Part shown: one piece after another, positions 13,071 to 27,915 of the stretch | How positions within the stretch are numbered: position 1 is the first letter of the stretch | Layout: each line of letters opens with the position of its first letter | Assembly (NCBI RefSeq): GCF_036321535.1 | Contig: NC_087436.1 | Span: forward strand, 99,326,001-99,390,000 | From: Camelus dromedarius | Lineage: Eukaryota | Direction of reading: 5' to 3' | Length of the DNA stretch: 64,000 nt | Notes under the pieces: model-generated | Databases searched by the model: none | The model's input: only the letters and a program-made list of their open reading frames with translations | Told to the model about the DNA's origin: nothing | Position numbers and translations under genes: made by a program

Positions 13071-15129
13071 AACACTCATAAATCTCATTATTTTATCAGA
13101 AGCTTAAATAATCCATTTAACTATTAATAAAATACTCGAAGAATTCAGAAGCATATATTCATGAAATTTCTAATAATATATATTGGCTACCTGCTGGGCA
13201 TAAATCTATTGTTTTCAAGTTAGAGTGCCAAGTTATAGGTTACAACAGAATTAAAATGTTTATGTTTCTATAAACTTAAAAATCCATGTACTTATTAATT
13301 AATTTATGAATTCAATTATGAATTAATGGCTTGAAAAGGCTAATTCTAACTCAGCATGTGGTTTCTTCTTTAAATACCTTAGAGCTGGTTCTCTGTAACA
13401 GTGCTATACTCTGGACACCAGTGGCTGAATGTAAGTGAGAATCAAGAGAGCTATAACCTTTGAACCCATTCAACAAATTTTAATTAATGGCCTTGTAGGT
13501 GTTTGCCACTGTGTTAGATAGTAAAGACCCAAAGTTGAATAACCAATGGACATTCTGCAAGTAGAAAAATAAAACATACAAGTAATTAAGCATATATTTT
13601 AAAATAATAAACTGACGAACTTTTAAGAACTTAACTCTAGTACGAACTGCCCTATGAAATCATAATAGAACATAGTAACCTCTCTTTCAATCATGTTTTT
13701 AGTCACAGGAGTCCAAAAAATGTTATTAAAATTCTCTTCTAAAAAAACATTCTTGAATTATCCAGGAAATCCAGACTCATTTACACCAAAGTATCTGGGA
13801 GCAAGGAAGGTCTGTCTGTCATCTGGAGGAGAAATGTTACCCAGCAAGAGGGATACGAGCCCTCTTCTGTGGACTCCGCATCTGTTATGGGCTCATATAA
13901 CTCTAGGGTGTCTATCCACTCAGCAACCATCCCAAGTCCAGTTCTATGTGGTGTGACACACTCAGGCCCTTAAGTTACAGTTCTGTTAGAGCACAGCACA
14001 TCACACTGTAAAATGAAGTCTGGGTCCCAAGAACCTTCCACCTGTACATAGTAAACTAATGGTTTCAGCCCTTACCAAGAAACTTCATGCCTTATTTACC
14101 TGAAACCATGACATCAACCCAAATTTCACTTCCCTTCAAGTTATTTTATCTTTTCTTCTCTACCATGAGATATAGGATAGGGCAATCTCATGCCACCCTG
14201 CCACCTTGACTTGAGACTCAGAAAGTACCTAGGGTATCAGGTTCCTCTCTTTCTAGAAGAATCTTAGGTTCCTTATGCAAATTTCTTACTGCCTACTCGC
14301 ACTGTATCCTCATGGTATTGCAGACTTGACTGGCAAGTAATGAAATCCTAATCCCAGGTCAAAATATGCTTCCTTCCTTCACCTCTGCATAGCAAAAAAC
14401 CAACCAAACAAACAAAAAAGGGCATTGAATGGACCCTGAATACATGTATTTTATCCACAGGAGGAGGATAAGCGGGCAGTTTAAATTCTGAACCATTGCC
14501 ACCTGCACATCAATGACTATCTTTGATCTATACCTGGACAGCTACATTATTATACTTCTGAAGAATAAAATAAAATCTTCACAAGTTTAAAAACCAATTC
14601 CCATTTCCATATTTAGAAAATTTATTTAGTTTGAAAGGGCCTCAGCCTCAGAGGTCAAATGTGGGCTTGGGCTCTGGGACTAAAGGCCATACTTCCTTTA
14701 GGCCTTCTTCTCACATCACCAATGAAAATAGGTGGAGGAGCCTACAGTATAACACACTGGTTCCCAGAAGTCTCAATTCTCCAAAAAGTCAGAGTGGACC
14801 TGCACACTGGCCTAAGATTATGCCTTCCAAATCTTGTAATTTCACCATCAAAGATGAAGAGGAAGCCTGCCACTGCTGCCACTCTATACAACTTCACCAT
14901 CCTACCTGTCTTGAACTCACTACAACTAACCTTACTGTGTCCTGTATTTCTCTTTATATTGTTCTCAGTCTTAACCGCCATGTCTCTCAATCTTATATGC
15001 ATGTCTCTGTGATCCCCTGAATATCTGTATGTAATTATCACTGTAGTGCCTATGATATAATTATTATAATGAGCACTAGACATGCATCATTTTCTAATTT
15101 GTCAAAATCTTTCATGACACTCTTGAAAT

Positions 15130-16830
15130 ACACTTTATCAAAATAGCCTCCTATATCCTGATCTTTTCCTCTGAATTTTCCCTTCATATTCATGCTCTAA
15201 TAAAAATCTAGCTTCCTGCCACACACTCTGCTTCCCACATAGTGATGGTTATTTTTCCTCACACAGTTTTCTTACTACAGAGCCTGGACAGGGGACACCT
15301 GGATGCCTTTCCCCATTGCCACTTTTAGACCATTCTCCCTCTCTTATTCTAAACACCCCCAGCTTTGTATCAAATATCACACAGGTATATCACACACTAT
15401 TCCTCAATGCTATTATCTGAAAATTGAATAGTCATACCCCATCATTTCTACTTGTTTTTAGTTTCCGCCTCATGGCTACTCTCTCCAGTGCTGTCTTGAC
15501 TTTTTATTTTGACATACATATGAAGAAAAATATACAGATGGTACTTTCATTACATTGGATTCTCAATGATTTGAACTCATTTCCTCTTATTAGCTTAGCT
15601 CTCAGCTTACTCTAGCACTTATTCTAATAATTACACCACAGACACTGCAATGATAATTATGTGCAAACATTCATGATATGTTAGTAAATCTGCTTTGGGA
15701 GACAGGGGAAAAAAAGCCCGGATTTGTACAATTTGCTTATTTTGGTCATACAAACTCTCCAATTAAGTCTGATTTTAAAGTACTAAGGGTTTTACAACCA
15801 TAAAAATGCCTGAAAATTAAACAATCTGTTACTACAATCAAACTATAACTTGAATGACACACCACTGTAGCCATCTTAAATGTCGGGTCATCTATCCTAA
15901 TTCCTAATCACTTCCTTCATCTCACTCCCTTGGTACCCCAAGGCCAACAGTCTGTTAAGATTGGGATATTCAGTATGTTTATGTCACCATTACTGCACTG
16001 TTCTCTATCCCTTAACATGTATCCTTTTAATATTACTTTTTAGTCTTTATCTCATTTAATTCATCAGCATTTGACACTGCCAATTAATCACTCCCTCTTG
16101 CTTTATAAACTTCCTTCACTAGGCTTCCAAAGCAACATACTCTTTTGTTATTTCTTTTTCCCTTCTATCACTCCAGTTTCTCCTCCTCCATCTACTTTAT
16201 CTATATCTCTTCTCCTCAACTTCTTAGTTTAGAATGCCATAGGAATTAGTACTTGTATCTCTTCTCTAAATTTTCTCTCTCTTGCTGATCTGATCTATTC
16301 CCACAGATTTAAATACTCTCTCTACATGTCAAAGATTTGCAATTTTCTCTCTGCAGACTAATTAGCTCTTCCTGAATCTAATCTTTTAGGCCCCGCTGCC
16401 TACTCAACATATTCTATAAAATATCTCAAATATAACTTAATATATCTTGGATATATTGAATATGTATTGGATATATATTGAGATACATCTAAATATATCT
16501 TAACATGCCAGAAACTAAATTCCTGACTTCAGCTGAAGACAACTATATCTTGCTGTGTAGGTAAAAATTCTTGGTGTCATCCATGATCCCATTCATTTAC
16601 ATCATAAATCCAAATTCATCAGGAGAGCATATCTACTCAATTTTCAGTATATATCCACATTCATTCCTCTTTTCATCACCAACATTGCTTCCTCTAGGAT
16701 CTGATATACCATCATCACTCAGTTGTCCAAGGACTGTATTTATCTTTCTATCATTCTATCATCACACTTTGTGCAGTGTCTAATAAATAGTACATGTTCA
16801 TAAAGTGAGTAAACAAATGAATAAAAAAGG
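15130..16830 (+). mobile_element. L2 LINE fragments (decayed)
   Basis: tcagcatttgacactg...ccttcactaggcttcc, gcctactcaacat, aaactaaattcctga and a 3'-end-like aaatgaataa; pyrimidine-rich, L2-like. Confidence 0.65.
15670..15867 (+). mobile_element. MER63-like hAT-Blackjack DNA transposon fragment
   Basis: ggggaaaaaaagcccggatttgtacaatttgc...gattttaaagtactaa...tgaaaattaaacaatc...acaccactg resembles MER63A as I recall it. Confidence 0.5.
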
Positions 16831-18617
16831 AAGTATTCAGTTATTCTTGCCTACTTGACTTTAAAAACTCACATTTTATTGCTTGACAGAAAAGTTCTCT
16901 GAAAATTCTTGAACTCGACACATTCAACTCTCCCTGGAAAACTGATGACTATTTTCTTGCCATTGTTTGCTTCTTGCCATTGTTTATTCCCTCAAATTAA
17001 CCAGAGTAGAGTTTGCATCCTTCTTCTGAAAGGGAAAATAATTTCTCAGTATCTCAAACTTTTCATCACCTTACGGTACTTACTTGGAAAATTTTTAAAT
17101 TTCCAATTCACCTCAAAACTCAAATTATATTTCAAATGCCTTATTCCTTCTGGCCCTGCCCCCTCCTTGTAAAGTTTCATTATTTTATTTTTTGTCTCCT
17201 TTTTTCCCCTAATATCACTGTGTTCCATCCTCACTGTCCTCACATCAAATTCTATCATACAATCCTGCCAGGTTTTCTCTTCTTTTTTCTATATTTATTT
17301 ATTTCCCTTTTACCACATCACATTGTCATTTTTCTCAACCCAAAACTGGCTTATAAACCTTAATATTTCCTGATATTATAAAGTATTTGGCAGTCATTCA
17401 GTATATGAGATTATAAAGAGCCAAATGCCAATATTTGAAATGTGGACAGCATAAAACCCAAGAGAAGGACAAAGAAGGAAAAGCAGGGGCATTGAACCAA
17501 AGAGTAGAAGCAAACATTATTTTGACCTGACTTAGAAAACAATAAAGCATTTGTATAAAACCACTAACTCCACATACTTCTCATCTCTAAGGACTAAGAA
17601 GTAATGAGAAGTAATTTAACAACTCTGTTACGTATAGTAAAAGAAGCTGAACAGTCCATTATACAGGAAAGATTTATAAGGATGATGGGTTTTCTGCAGG
17701 ACCAAACGGTGTGAATGATACTCTCAGGGATCAGATATCTCCTAAAGGAACATATGTCATTTTCATTGTATTTTTTTCCAATACCATTTCTATAGCTCCT
17801 CTGCTTTCCTATATACATTCAATGAGTATTTGTAAGAATAAGACAAATTCTTTCACAGAAAACGCTAGCCTTATTTATGATAATAAAAATGTGGAACTGA
17901 AAAACAAAACTCATTTCTATCCTAGAAAGAAAAATGATTCAATCATTCTTTGAATCATTCACTAAGGCCTGAGTTGCCCTATTTCCCCCCTTAGCATTAT
18001 TCCTCTGTGTCAGTGTGTTAGTTCAAAACACACTACAGAGAAGGCACTAGAGAGTCTATTAAAAGGAGCAGTAACACCTGGAGGCTTGTGGAAAATGAAT
18101 TACCAACAAAGTCCTACTGGAGATAGACCATATCTATCATTTATTCCTATTTCATTACAGAATATTTTTTGATGATTGTATGACAGTTGTTATTCTTCTT
18201 CATTCACTGACATAGGGGAAGAAGAAAATTCAGATTAATATTAATTTCCACAATAGGAATGTTTTAGGAGAAAAACAAACAATGAATATTAAAAACCTCA
18301 TAGACATGTCATATTAGTACAAACACTAACATGCATCAATTTTGGAAGAAAGTGTCTAAAGTATTTTCAAGTGATTTTTTTGCTTGATTGTTTATTGCTT
18401 TGTTTTTTAAAGTGGGTTCTCCTGATTAAATTCATTCGGCATGTGTTTCCTTAGTACTCTATTTTTCTATTGCCATAATGTGCACTATGTGTTTTTCTTT
18501 ACTTCATTAAATTTACTTAACCTTTTAAAATCTGCTTTTTCATTCATATATGTAACATATTTAGTGTTTTATTAGCTAGGATATGTAAAAATCTTTTTAA
18601 ATGAAGCCATCACTTTT

Positions 18618-19688
18618 TTTTTAATTGAGGTGTAGTCAGTTACAATGTGTCAATTTCTGGTGTACAGCATAATAGTTCAGTCATACATATACATACACAT
18701 ATAATTTTTCATATTCTTTTTCATTATAGGTTACCACAAGACATTGAACATAGTTCCCTGTGCTACACAATATAACCTTGTTGTTTATCTACTTTATATA
18801 TAGTAGAATCTGCAAATCTGAAACTCCCAATCTATCCCTTCTGACCCTCTTTCTCCACTGGTAACCATAAGATTGTTTTCTATGCCAGTAAGTCTGTTTC
18901 CATTTTGTAAATAAGTTCACCTGTCCTTTTTTTTTTTTTTTTTTTTTTTTCCAGATTCCACATATGAGTGATATTACATGGTGTTTTTCTCTCTCTCTCT
19001 GGCTTATGTGACTTAGAATGGCAATCCCCAGGTCCATCCATGTTGCTGCAAATGGCACTATTTCCTTATTTTTTATGGCTGAATAGTAGTCCATCATATA
19101 AATATATCAGTTTCTTTATCCAGTCATCTAAGAATACACATTTAACTTGTTCCATGTCTTAGCTATTATAAACAATGCTGCTATGAACATTGTGGTACAT
19201 GTATTTTTTTAAATTAAAATTCCCTCAGGATATATGCTCAGGAGTGGGATTGCCAGATCACACAGTAAGTTTATTTTTAGTTTTTTGAGGAATCTCCATG
19301 CTGTTTTCCACAACGGCTGCACCAAACTACATTCCCACTAACAGTGTAGGAGGGATCCCTTTTCTCCACACCATCTCCAGCAGTTATTATTTGTGGACTT
19401 TTGAATGATGGCCATTCTGACTGATGTAAAGTAAAACCTCAACGTAGTTTTGATTTGCATTTCTCTGGTAATTAGCGATACTGAGCATTTTTTCATTTGC
19501 CTATTGGCCATTTGTATGTCTTCATTAGAGAATTACTTGTTTAGGTTTTCTGCCCATTTTTTGATTGGGTTGTTTGTTTTTCTTATTAAGTTGTATGAGC
19601 TGTTTATATATTCTGGAAATTAAGCCCTTGTATATAATAGAGTCACAAAAATAAAAAAGAAAACAAGGTAATACAGAAGAAAATGATC
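18618..19688 (-). mobile_element. 5'-truncated L1 (~1.07 kb) with a short inverted 5' segment
   Basis: L1 3'UTR and ORF2 C-terminus antisense (ORF 18789-19097: YYSAIKNKEIVPFAATWMDL); exact TSD aagccatcactttt at 18604-18617 and 19689-19702. Confidence 0.93.
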
Positions 19689-19879
19689 AAGCCATCACTT
19701 TTGTACCTTACTTTCCCTAGCATTCCTTTCAAGCATATATTTAAAAACCATTCTAGGTCATGGCTCCAGAAGGAGAAATTCTGGTGGAGCTCAGAGAACT
19801 CTGTAATTTGAGGATACGAACCCAAGAGTCTGAGAAAACTAGGAGTTTATAAAAAAAAAAAAAAAAAAAAAAAGAAATG

Positions 19880-21430
19880 CTGAAGAGAAAACTGCACAAA
19901 AAGTAAACTGAAGATTTTTAGTAAGTCTCTCTCAAATATTCAGGTGAATAATGACCAATAAATACATGTGAAGGAACTACCCAAGACACAGGGAAAAAGC
20001 ATCAAAAGGAATAGAGGTCACACTGCCTCAGTGAACATGAAAGTGAAAATTGTGTCTTTTCCCAAGAGCTGGACTGGAAAACCTCATGATTCATGAGGTA
20101 GTGGGTAGAATACTAATGAAGGCCTTACATCAGTAGTGGGGAAAGACTAGGCTGAAAACCTCTTTGGTCCTATATAACAAATCTTAAAATGAAGACTTTA
20201 AAGGTTCAAACTATTTCCAAGTAACTCAGTATTCTAAAATAAAGTTCAAAAAAGTCTGGTATCCAATTAAAAATTACCAAGCATGCAAAGAAGCAAAAAA
20301 ATAGGACCTATAATGGAAAGATAAGTTAATCAAAATTAACTTAGAACTGACATAGATGTTATAATTAGCATCCAGGAATATAAAAACAAACAAACAAACA
20401 AACAAACAAAAACACAAGACTGTATTCCATATATTTAAAAAATTAAGTTGTAATATGTAAGAGCAAAAGAAAAATCTGAATTAATCTTCTAGAGATAAAA
20501 ACCACAATGTATAAAATTAGAGAAAGAGAAACAGAGAATAAAAACTCTCACTAGATAGGATTAATAGCAGGTAAGACATGGCAGAAACTGACGATGTAAC
20601 AGTAGAAACTTTTCAAACCAAAATCAGAGAGAAAAGAAAACTGTTAAAAACAAAAACATAGAGTGAATTCTGGGACAACTTCAAGCAGTCTAAACCTAAT
20701 TAGGGTCCCCAAATGATAAGAGAAACAGGTGGAGAAAGAAATGTTACTTGAAGAAACAGTAGCCACATACTTTCCAGGCTGTTTTAACATTTGGATATAA
20801 CAGTATAATTTATTATATTGACAAACTAAACAGAAAAAGATGTATGAAGCCCCAGCTGACAGAGAAAACGAATTTGATGAAATCAAACATCCACTCCTGA
20901 TATAAAAAAAAAAACTCTCAGAGAACTAGCAATTTTGCTAAATTAAATTTTGTTTATTTTGTGACTAGTTATATTTTGAAAGAATGAATGTTTAACCCCT
21001 TAGATTAGCAATAAGTTTGTCCATTCTCCCTACTTCTATTCAACATCCAATGCTTTATCTGTGAAATAAGGCAATAAAATCAAAGTTTTAAAAAATTCAA
21101 AAGTACATGTCTTTATTTGAAGATAACATGGCTGTCTACATAGAAAATTTGATAAAATCTGCAAAAAAGCTAATAGAACTAAAATTTGAGTTAACAATAG
21201 TAGAATGCAATATCAATAACAAAATCAATTTCATTTCTATATACTAACTGCAAACAAAATGGAAATAGAAAGTAACAAAACATACCACTTAACATAGTAT
21301 AGAATTATTAAACACTTAAGAGATAAATCTGATAAAATATGTGAAAGAATCATATACTGAAAGCTAAAAAAATACTGCTGAAAGAAACTAAAGACCAAAA
21401 TAAAAAGAGAAATATACTGTGTTAATGAGT
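19880..21430 (+). mobile_element. Old L1M fragments (5' region/ORF1/ORF2 remnants)
   Basis: A-rich; decayed ORF2-like stretches (atttgatgaaatcaaacatccactcctgat, ttctattcaacat, tctacatagaaaat, agataaatctgataaaatatgtg). Confidence 0.65.
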
Positions 21431-23735
21431 GCAGTAGAGTATGATATTAGATGAGCTGGATTTATTGGAGGTCAAGATCAGAAAAGGGAAGCATTACATA
21501 GAAACTGGGAGATAGAACATGTATTGTGATGACAGAATATAGGCTATAACTCTGTGCATAAGTGAATGGATTAGAGAGGAAGAAATTATCCTCAAAAGCG
21601 GCATGGTCAAGAATGTGAGATTAGTGTTAGAGCAATCATATACTGTATTTTGAATTTCACAAGAACAGTAAGAGGAAAAGTAGAGAAGACAGTGACCCAA
21701 GTTTTTAAATTATCAGAATGAAGGAACACAATTGGAAGATTCTTAGATGACATTAAGGGGAAGGTAGAAGTATATGAAATCTTGACTACACACACTTCAA
21801 AAATGCTGGAGATTTGAGGGGAAAAAAAATAGGGAAAGGAGACATTTAACAGAAAGGGCAGTAGGGAACCAACAAGCTTCCTATCCATCTACATGTACTA
21901 GAGATATAGGAGGTGTGGAAAAGAGAATTGCCTCCTCTTGCAAATGCTGTAGGGATACCTACAAGGATCCTGGTTTTATTTAGAGAAAGAAGATGTAAAG
22001 ACCCACAGAAAAGTAAAATCCAATGGAGTTTATGATTTTGTATATTCCTTATATTTTATGTTTATAAGTATCAATTTAAGATTGTTCTTTATATCAAATG
22101 AAAGAATAGATATAAATGCCAGCACTGCTTAAGACAAAGTACTTAAGTTCTCTTCTGTACTCCCAACTCTTCTTTGATTTTTATTATTTATTTAATTTGT
22201 CTGTAAAACAACCTCACAAAACATTACTGATATAACTTATGAACTATCTCTCTTCCTAAAATTTTAGTCATGGCATTAAGGTAGCCAAACAGTTAGATCC
22301 AATAATAAAATCTTAGTGTTCATTTCCTTAAGCTGTATCTCTCATTAAATCAAACTTACCAAATTCTACTACATCAAAACGGCAACAACTCCATGATACT
22401 GCTTAACTGTATTCATAATTAATTCGTAATACTGTTTAATTAAATTCATAGAACTTTATCACCTAGGATACTGACTGCTGTTAATTTCTAGCATGGTTTT
22501 ATATAAAACACTGAATTATCATTTTCAGAAATCAACATTTGCCAAAGTTGTTGTCATCTAACCTATATTCTTTACATGCATTACAAATTCTTATCTCTTG
22601 GATTAAAGTTTTGGTGTTATATTTTTACTATCATTAAAATGGCATAGAAAGTAATGTTTTATTTTCCTTAAGTATTTTATAAAATGGAAACAAACTTTAA
22701 GTTTAAAGTCTATTTCAAATTTTAGCCTAATTCCACTAAATAAATTACCTTATGTATACAAAAAAGAAACTTTTACTCTGTAGAGCTGTTAAGAAATTTA
22801 AATGAAATGAAATATGTCAGTCTAACACATAATAGGCATTCAATATTCCTAATATTTTTTAACTTTCAAAGCACTGAATCTAAATCTGGGTCTGTGACCT
22901 ATATGAGAGATGGCAGTGGGAACAATGAAATACTTTACATTTTAATCTTATTGGAAGAAATAAAATATACATATGCAAAACTGTTTACAGTAACATATTA
23001 ACTGGTGTTAATGTCTATTTTTGTATGGACTAATTTCTCTGAAGATAAAGAAATTCAACCTACTCATAAAATAGGTTGAATGCAAGTAGGTTTATTGGAT
23101 AAAATCCTTTAATAGGGAATAAAGTAGTATGATACCATCAACTCTATTATTACCTGGTGAAATTCCCTAGAAAATATCTAAGAAACTTTATGAATTTTTC
23201 TGGACAGTTTTGAATCTACTAGTCATGTACAGCTGACAAGGAATGCCATCTTTAAGTATAATCAGAAAGGACCACTTATGCTGTCAATCAACAAAACATT
23301 TTGATCACTTCATCCTTCGAATTGCACTACATATTCTGAATTTTCATTGGTAGACATATGAGAAATAACTTTTAAAGTAAAATAAATCTACATAGAAAAA
23401 CTACACTGGTCAATCATAAAAACATTTTTTGGTTTGAGCAACTTGAAGGATTATGATGACATTACCTCGGACAGGGAACATTAAAGAAAAAGCTACTTTG
23501 TGGAAAGAGACAATGGATTGACAGGTTGATTCTAAGATGCCTTACAGTCATCAAGACAGAGGTCTAGGAGAAGTTACTGATAACTTTGCTATGGGTATAC
23601 CTATCTGAAAGTTAGTCTCTCCCCTTGCAAAAAAGATAATTGAGTCTTTAGGAATTAATTGATCCATCACTTTTTCAGAATGTATAATTTTTATTTAACA
23701 AAGCCTCAGTTTTTTTCCTTACATAAAGCATTTTT

Positions 23736-24660
23736 TTAAACATTTTTTATTGAGTTATAGTCATTTTACAATGGTGTGTCAAATTCCAGTGTAGAGCACA
23801 AGTTTTCAGTTATACATGAACATACATATATTGTCACATTTTTTTTTTTTTTTGCTGTGAGCCACCACAAGATCTTGTATATATTTCCCTGGGCTATACA
23901 GTATAATCTCGTTTATTTATTAAACATATGCCTGTCAGTATCTACAAATTTTGAACTCCCAGTTTATCCCTTCCCACCCCCACCGCCTTGGCAACCACAA
24001 GTTTGTATTCTATGTCTATAAGTCTGTTTCTGTTTTGTATTTATGTTTTTTTTTTTTTTTAGATTCCACATATGAGCAAATCTCATATGGTATTTTTCTT
24101 TCTCTTTCTGGCTTACTTCACTTAGAATGACATTCTCCAGGAGCATCCATGTTGCTGCAAATGGCATTATGTTGTCAGTTTTTATGGCTGAGTAGTATTC
24201 CATTGTATAAATGTACCACTTCTTCTTTATCCAGTCATCTGTTGATGGACATTTAGGCTGTTTCCATGTCTTGGATATTGTAAATAGTGCTGCTATGAAC
24301 ATTGGGTGCAGGTGTCTTTTTGAAGTAGGGTTCCTTCTGGATATAAGCCCAGGAGTGGGATTCCTGGGTCATAAGATTAAGTCTATTCCTAGTCTTTTAA
24401 GGAATCTCCATGCTGTTTTCCATAGTGGCTGCACCAAACTGCATTTCCACCAGCAGTGTAGGAGGATTTCCTTTTCTCCACAGCCTCTCCAGCATTTGTC
24501 ATTTGTGGACTTTTGAATGATGGCCATTCTGACTGGTGTGAGGTGATACCTTACTGTAGTTCTGAATTTCATTTCTCTGATAATTAGTGATATGGAGCAT
24601 TTTTTCATGTGCCTATTGATCATTTGTATTTCTTCCTTGGAGAATTGCTTGTTTAGGTCT
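23736..24660 (-). mobile_element. 5'-truncated L1 (~0.93 kb), same lineage as the full-length copy
   Basis: Very similar to 2310-3230; ORFs 23964-24302 and 24369-24623 encode the ORF2 C-terminus; exact TSD taaagcattttt at 23724-23735 and 24661-24672. Confidence 0.95.
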
Positions 24661-27584
24661 TAAAGCATTTTTGTTTTGCAATTTTAATGTATTAATCAAT
24701 AATAATTATCCTTTAATTATTAATCAATAATCATTATCCTTTCTGATTATCACACTGCTTATATTCTTTTAACTTTAAAATGTAATTTCAAATTTATAGT
24801 ATGAGGTAGGGCTCTTTTCCTCCTGAACATTCCTGAACTTCCCTTTATGCTCTGTTATTTTCTTCTTAAAGATAAGCGTTTGAAAGTTTTTGACAAATTC
24901 CAGAACAGATTTGTTGGAATATTAATTTTGTGTGTATCAAAACTATAAATTTAATTGTGGAGAATTGACATCTTCATAATTTTTAGCTTTCCCTTCCTTT
25001 TCTATTTATCCAAACCTAAAATTTCTTCTTTCACTAAAAATAGTTGTATGTAGTAAGTACTTACTTTTATTGCTATATACACACACACTCAAGATTTTTC
25101 TATTTGGGGAGGATTTTAAAATTATACATTATATTCTATTAAGATGTGATATGTACCTATTAATAATTTAATACATAAGTTTCTTTTCTAAGCATTTCAT
25201 AGTCTTGTGAATACTCATAGCCTTTAGTAGAATCCTTAGACATTTCAATATTCTAAAAGAATATTTTGCAAATAAAGAAAACCCTGACAGCTCCTGTGTT
25301 AGAAGTGCAGTATGGAGAAAATGTGGAGGTTATAATGAAGTAAACAAAATCGGGAAAAAAATGTGGAGTGAGGAAAACAAATTTTTATTTTGAGATTGAG
25401 GCATTGGAGAGAATTTAAAAAAGTAAGTTTAATTTTTTCATGAAAAGGACTCAAGAGAGGGAGGAAGAACAACATATGATAATTAATTAAACAATGCAAG
25501 GTGCTAGAGAAGGCCGACAGAATCTGGGCAGAGGGACAGAGTTCTCTGGAAGGGACAGAGAGGAACAGATAAAATAAAAAGATAACAATGTTTACAGAAA
25601 TATTTGTAGGTGTTGTTGCAGAAATGTGAGGAAGTTCTTAATGGATAGCTATCTTTTTCTTAGTGCCAGAGGAGATGTAGCTGTTATTTTTTTTTTACTA
25701 CATCAACATTTCTGTTCTTTTAGAATAGTGATTTTTTATAAATTTAGATTTATATTAGATTCTTTCTTGCTAACTTTATATAATAACACAGTACAATATT
25801 GTGTTTTCAGACTTTTTTAAAAACAGGCTTTAAAAATCTTGTACAAGTACTAGGATTAAAATGATTTGAGCAGTTTGATTTTTAAAGTACCTAAACGTCA
25901 ATGGAATTTGAAAGTTTGTCAGTCCCATTTATATTCCATCGACTCTTGGACAATTTGTCAATGTCAGAATTTGTGCACTATATTCAGAGTTGTCTCTGTG
26001 CCATTATGCTTTTAAAGATTACATTATGTTACAGGGTATTCAATTCCCTCAAGCAAGAAATAGGATGGCTTCCTATAGGTAAAAATATTTATTTTTACAT
26101 TCAAACTGATCATTTCTGCCTTCTATTCTTGCCTTTTACTGGGTTTCAATTGTATATACGGTGCTAAAAAATGAATCACAACTTTAAGCCTGTATATAAA
26201 ATAGAATGTGGACACAAATAGAGTTTGCTGAAAGTTCATTGTTAATTGAGTGCTGACATTTGATAGAATTTTACTACTTTTACATTGACTGCCAATGGCC
26301 ATAAGAGTAGCTTATCTTGAAAAAATAAAAGAACATTTCTCAGAACAAAAAAACAAAAAAGGAGAAAAAGAAACAATCATTATTTTGGGTTACATCTGGA
26401 CAATACTGGTTCTATAATGCAGCGAAGGGGACAAATAAAAGGCTCTTTATTATATGAAATATAAGCTAAGACAGGAAAAACTGATTCAAGGGTCACAAAA
26501 AATATGCAGCCAGTTTCATGCAGAATCTTTACTCCCTAGTCTTTCAGAATGTTAGGCTATCTGGTTAAGTGTTTAGCTAGGAAGAGGCAACTATCTGGGA
26601 GTGAAACTGTTTTGTGAAGTTTATACACTATAAATTCAAATAAATTTCAAATAAATAGTTGCATTTATTTGTTCATTTATTTGTTCATTTATCTCCCTCT
26701 CAATGTAATTGTAATTAAAGGTTGAAAGGAGTTATCTGACCAAAGACAGCAACAGACAAAAGGGCTTATAACAAAAGCAATGAAAAATTCGAAATTTATA
26801 AATCATTGTTCTAAGTTGCACTAAATTTTTTATGTAATTATTCATATTACACTCTACAAATCAAGTGGATTTAGCCACTATGACATTATCACTTGTTCAT
26901 TTTCACCCTGATGGATCAGATCACCACTAAATTTTAAACCTAAAATTTATCAGCTCCTCCACCATTACTAAACCAAGACTATAAGCCATTAAGTGTTATT
27001 ATGATAAATATTTTAAAAGAAATGAAACATATCAATTAATTAGGGATTAAATCTTTGCTGGTAAATGTAGCAAATTAAGCACTTAATTTATGGATTATTT
27101 AATATTAATTTATAATAAGAAAATAAGGGAAATTAACTATCAGTAGAGATGTCTTCCATGAGTTCAGATTATTTTTATCTCGTAACTTTAATAGTTTTTA
27201 TAAATGAAATGACTAAATTATATTCTAAAAGATTGATCTGACAAGAGTATAGAATATGGATTGGAAAGGAGAAAGAATCTCAAAACAGATGCATCAACTT
27301 TAATAAAAGCAGATTTTGCCTAGATAACAAAGTGTAATGGAAACATAGATACCATTTACATTTACAAATAAACTTTAAAAACACTGGGAAGAAACAACCC
27401 CAAATATACAGAACTGTGTGAGTATTATTACTTAACTCTAATACGAATCAAAAAGGAAGCTTAAACAAATGTGACATAGGTGAAGATGGAAATTCTCCCT
27501 AATTAAACAGTGGAAGCTATCTTCAAAAATTCCACTTACCCACATCACCTTTTTTTTTTTTTTTTTTTGTAACATGCCTGAAGC

Positions 27585-27915
27585 TGTTGCCCTGAGACAA
27601 ATAACAGACTGCCAGATATTTCTCCAGCAAAGATGGGTTTAATCAGGATCAGTATAGAACTGCAGTTAGGGGTCTGTAACCATGGTGAGCCACATGCAAG
27701 TCCCTACACAGCAGAGGGAAAGAATGCTTCTATAGAGAGTAAAAGAAGTTGGGAGTAATAAACAGAGTCCATGGCTTTCATTGGCTGAGTTCTTGCAAGG
27801 AAGAGGAGGAGTTTTACTTTTTCTTGTTGGGCTCTGCTATTGCCTCAGAACATGAAAGTTCCTCCTTCTGATCATGACTCTATTTACTGAGGTTTTCCTT
27901 TACTAATTTTTTACA
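27585..27915 (-). mobile_element. Solo LTR (ERV1-class)
   Basis: TG...CA termini (tgttgc...tttaca) with 4-bp TSD AAGC at 27581-27584 and 27916-27919; internal CCAAT box (attggctga); orientation inferred. Confidence 0.75.

Noticed and set aside
14631..15083. Three overlapping 113-129 aa ORFs
   Set aside because: No recognisable homology or convincing splice signals; probably within decayed repeat sequence
17594..17953. Short ORFs on both strands with protein-like composition
   Set aside because: No family recognised and weak splice sites; cannot support an exon
19851..19873. Poly(A) run suggesting a retrocopy tail
   Set aside because: No upstream AATAAA, TSD or mRNA-like body; it borders old L1M sequence
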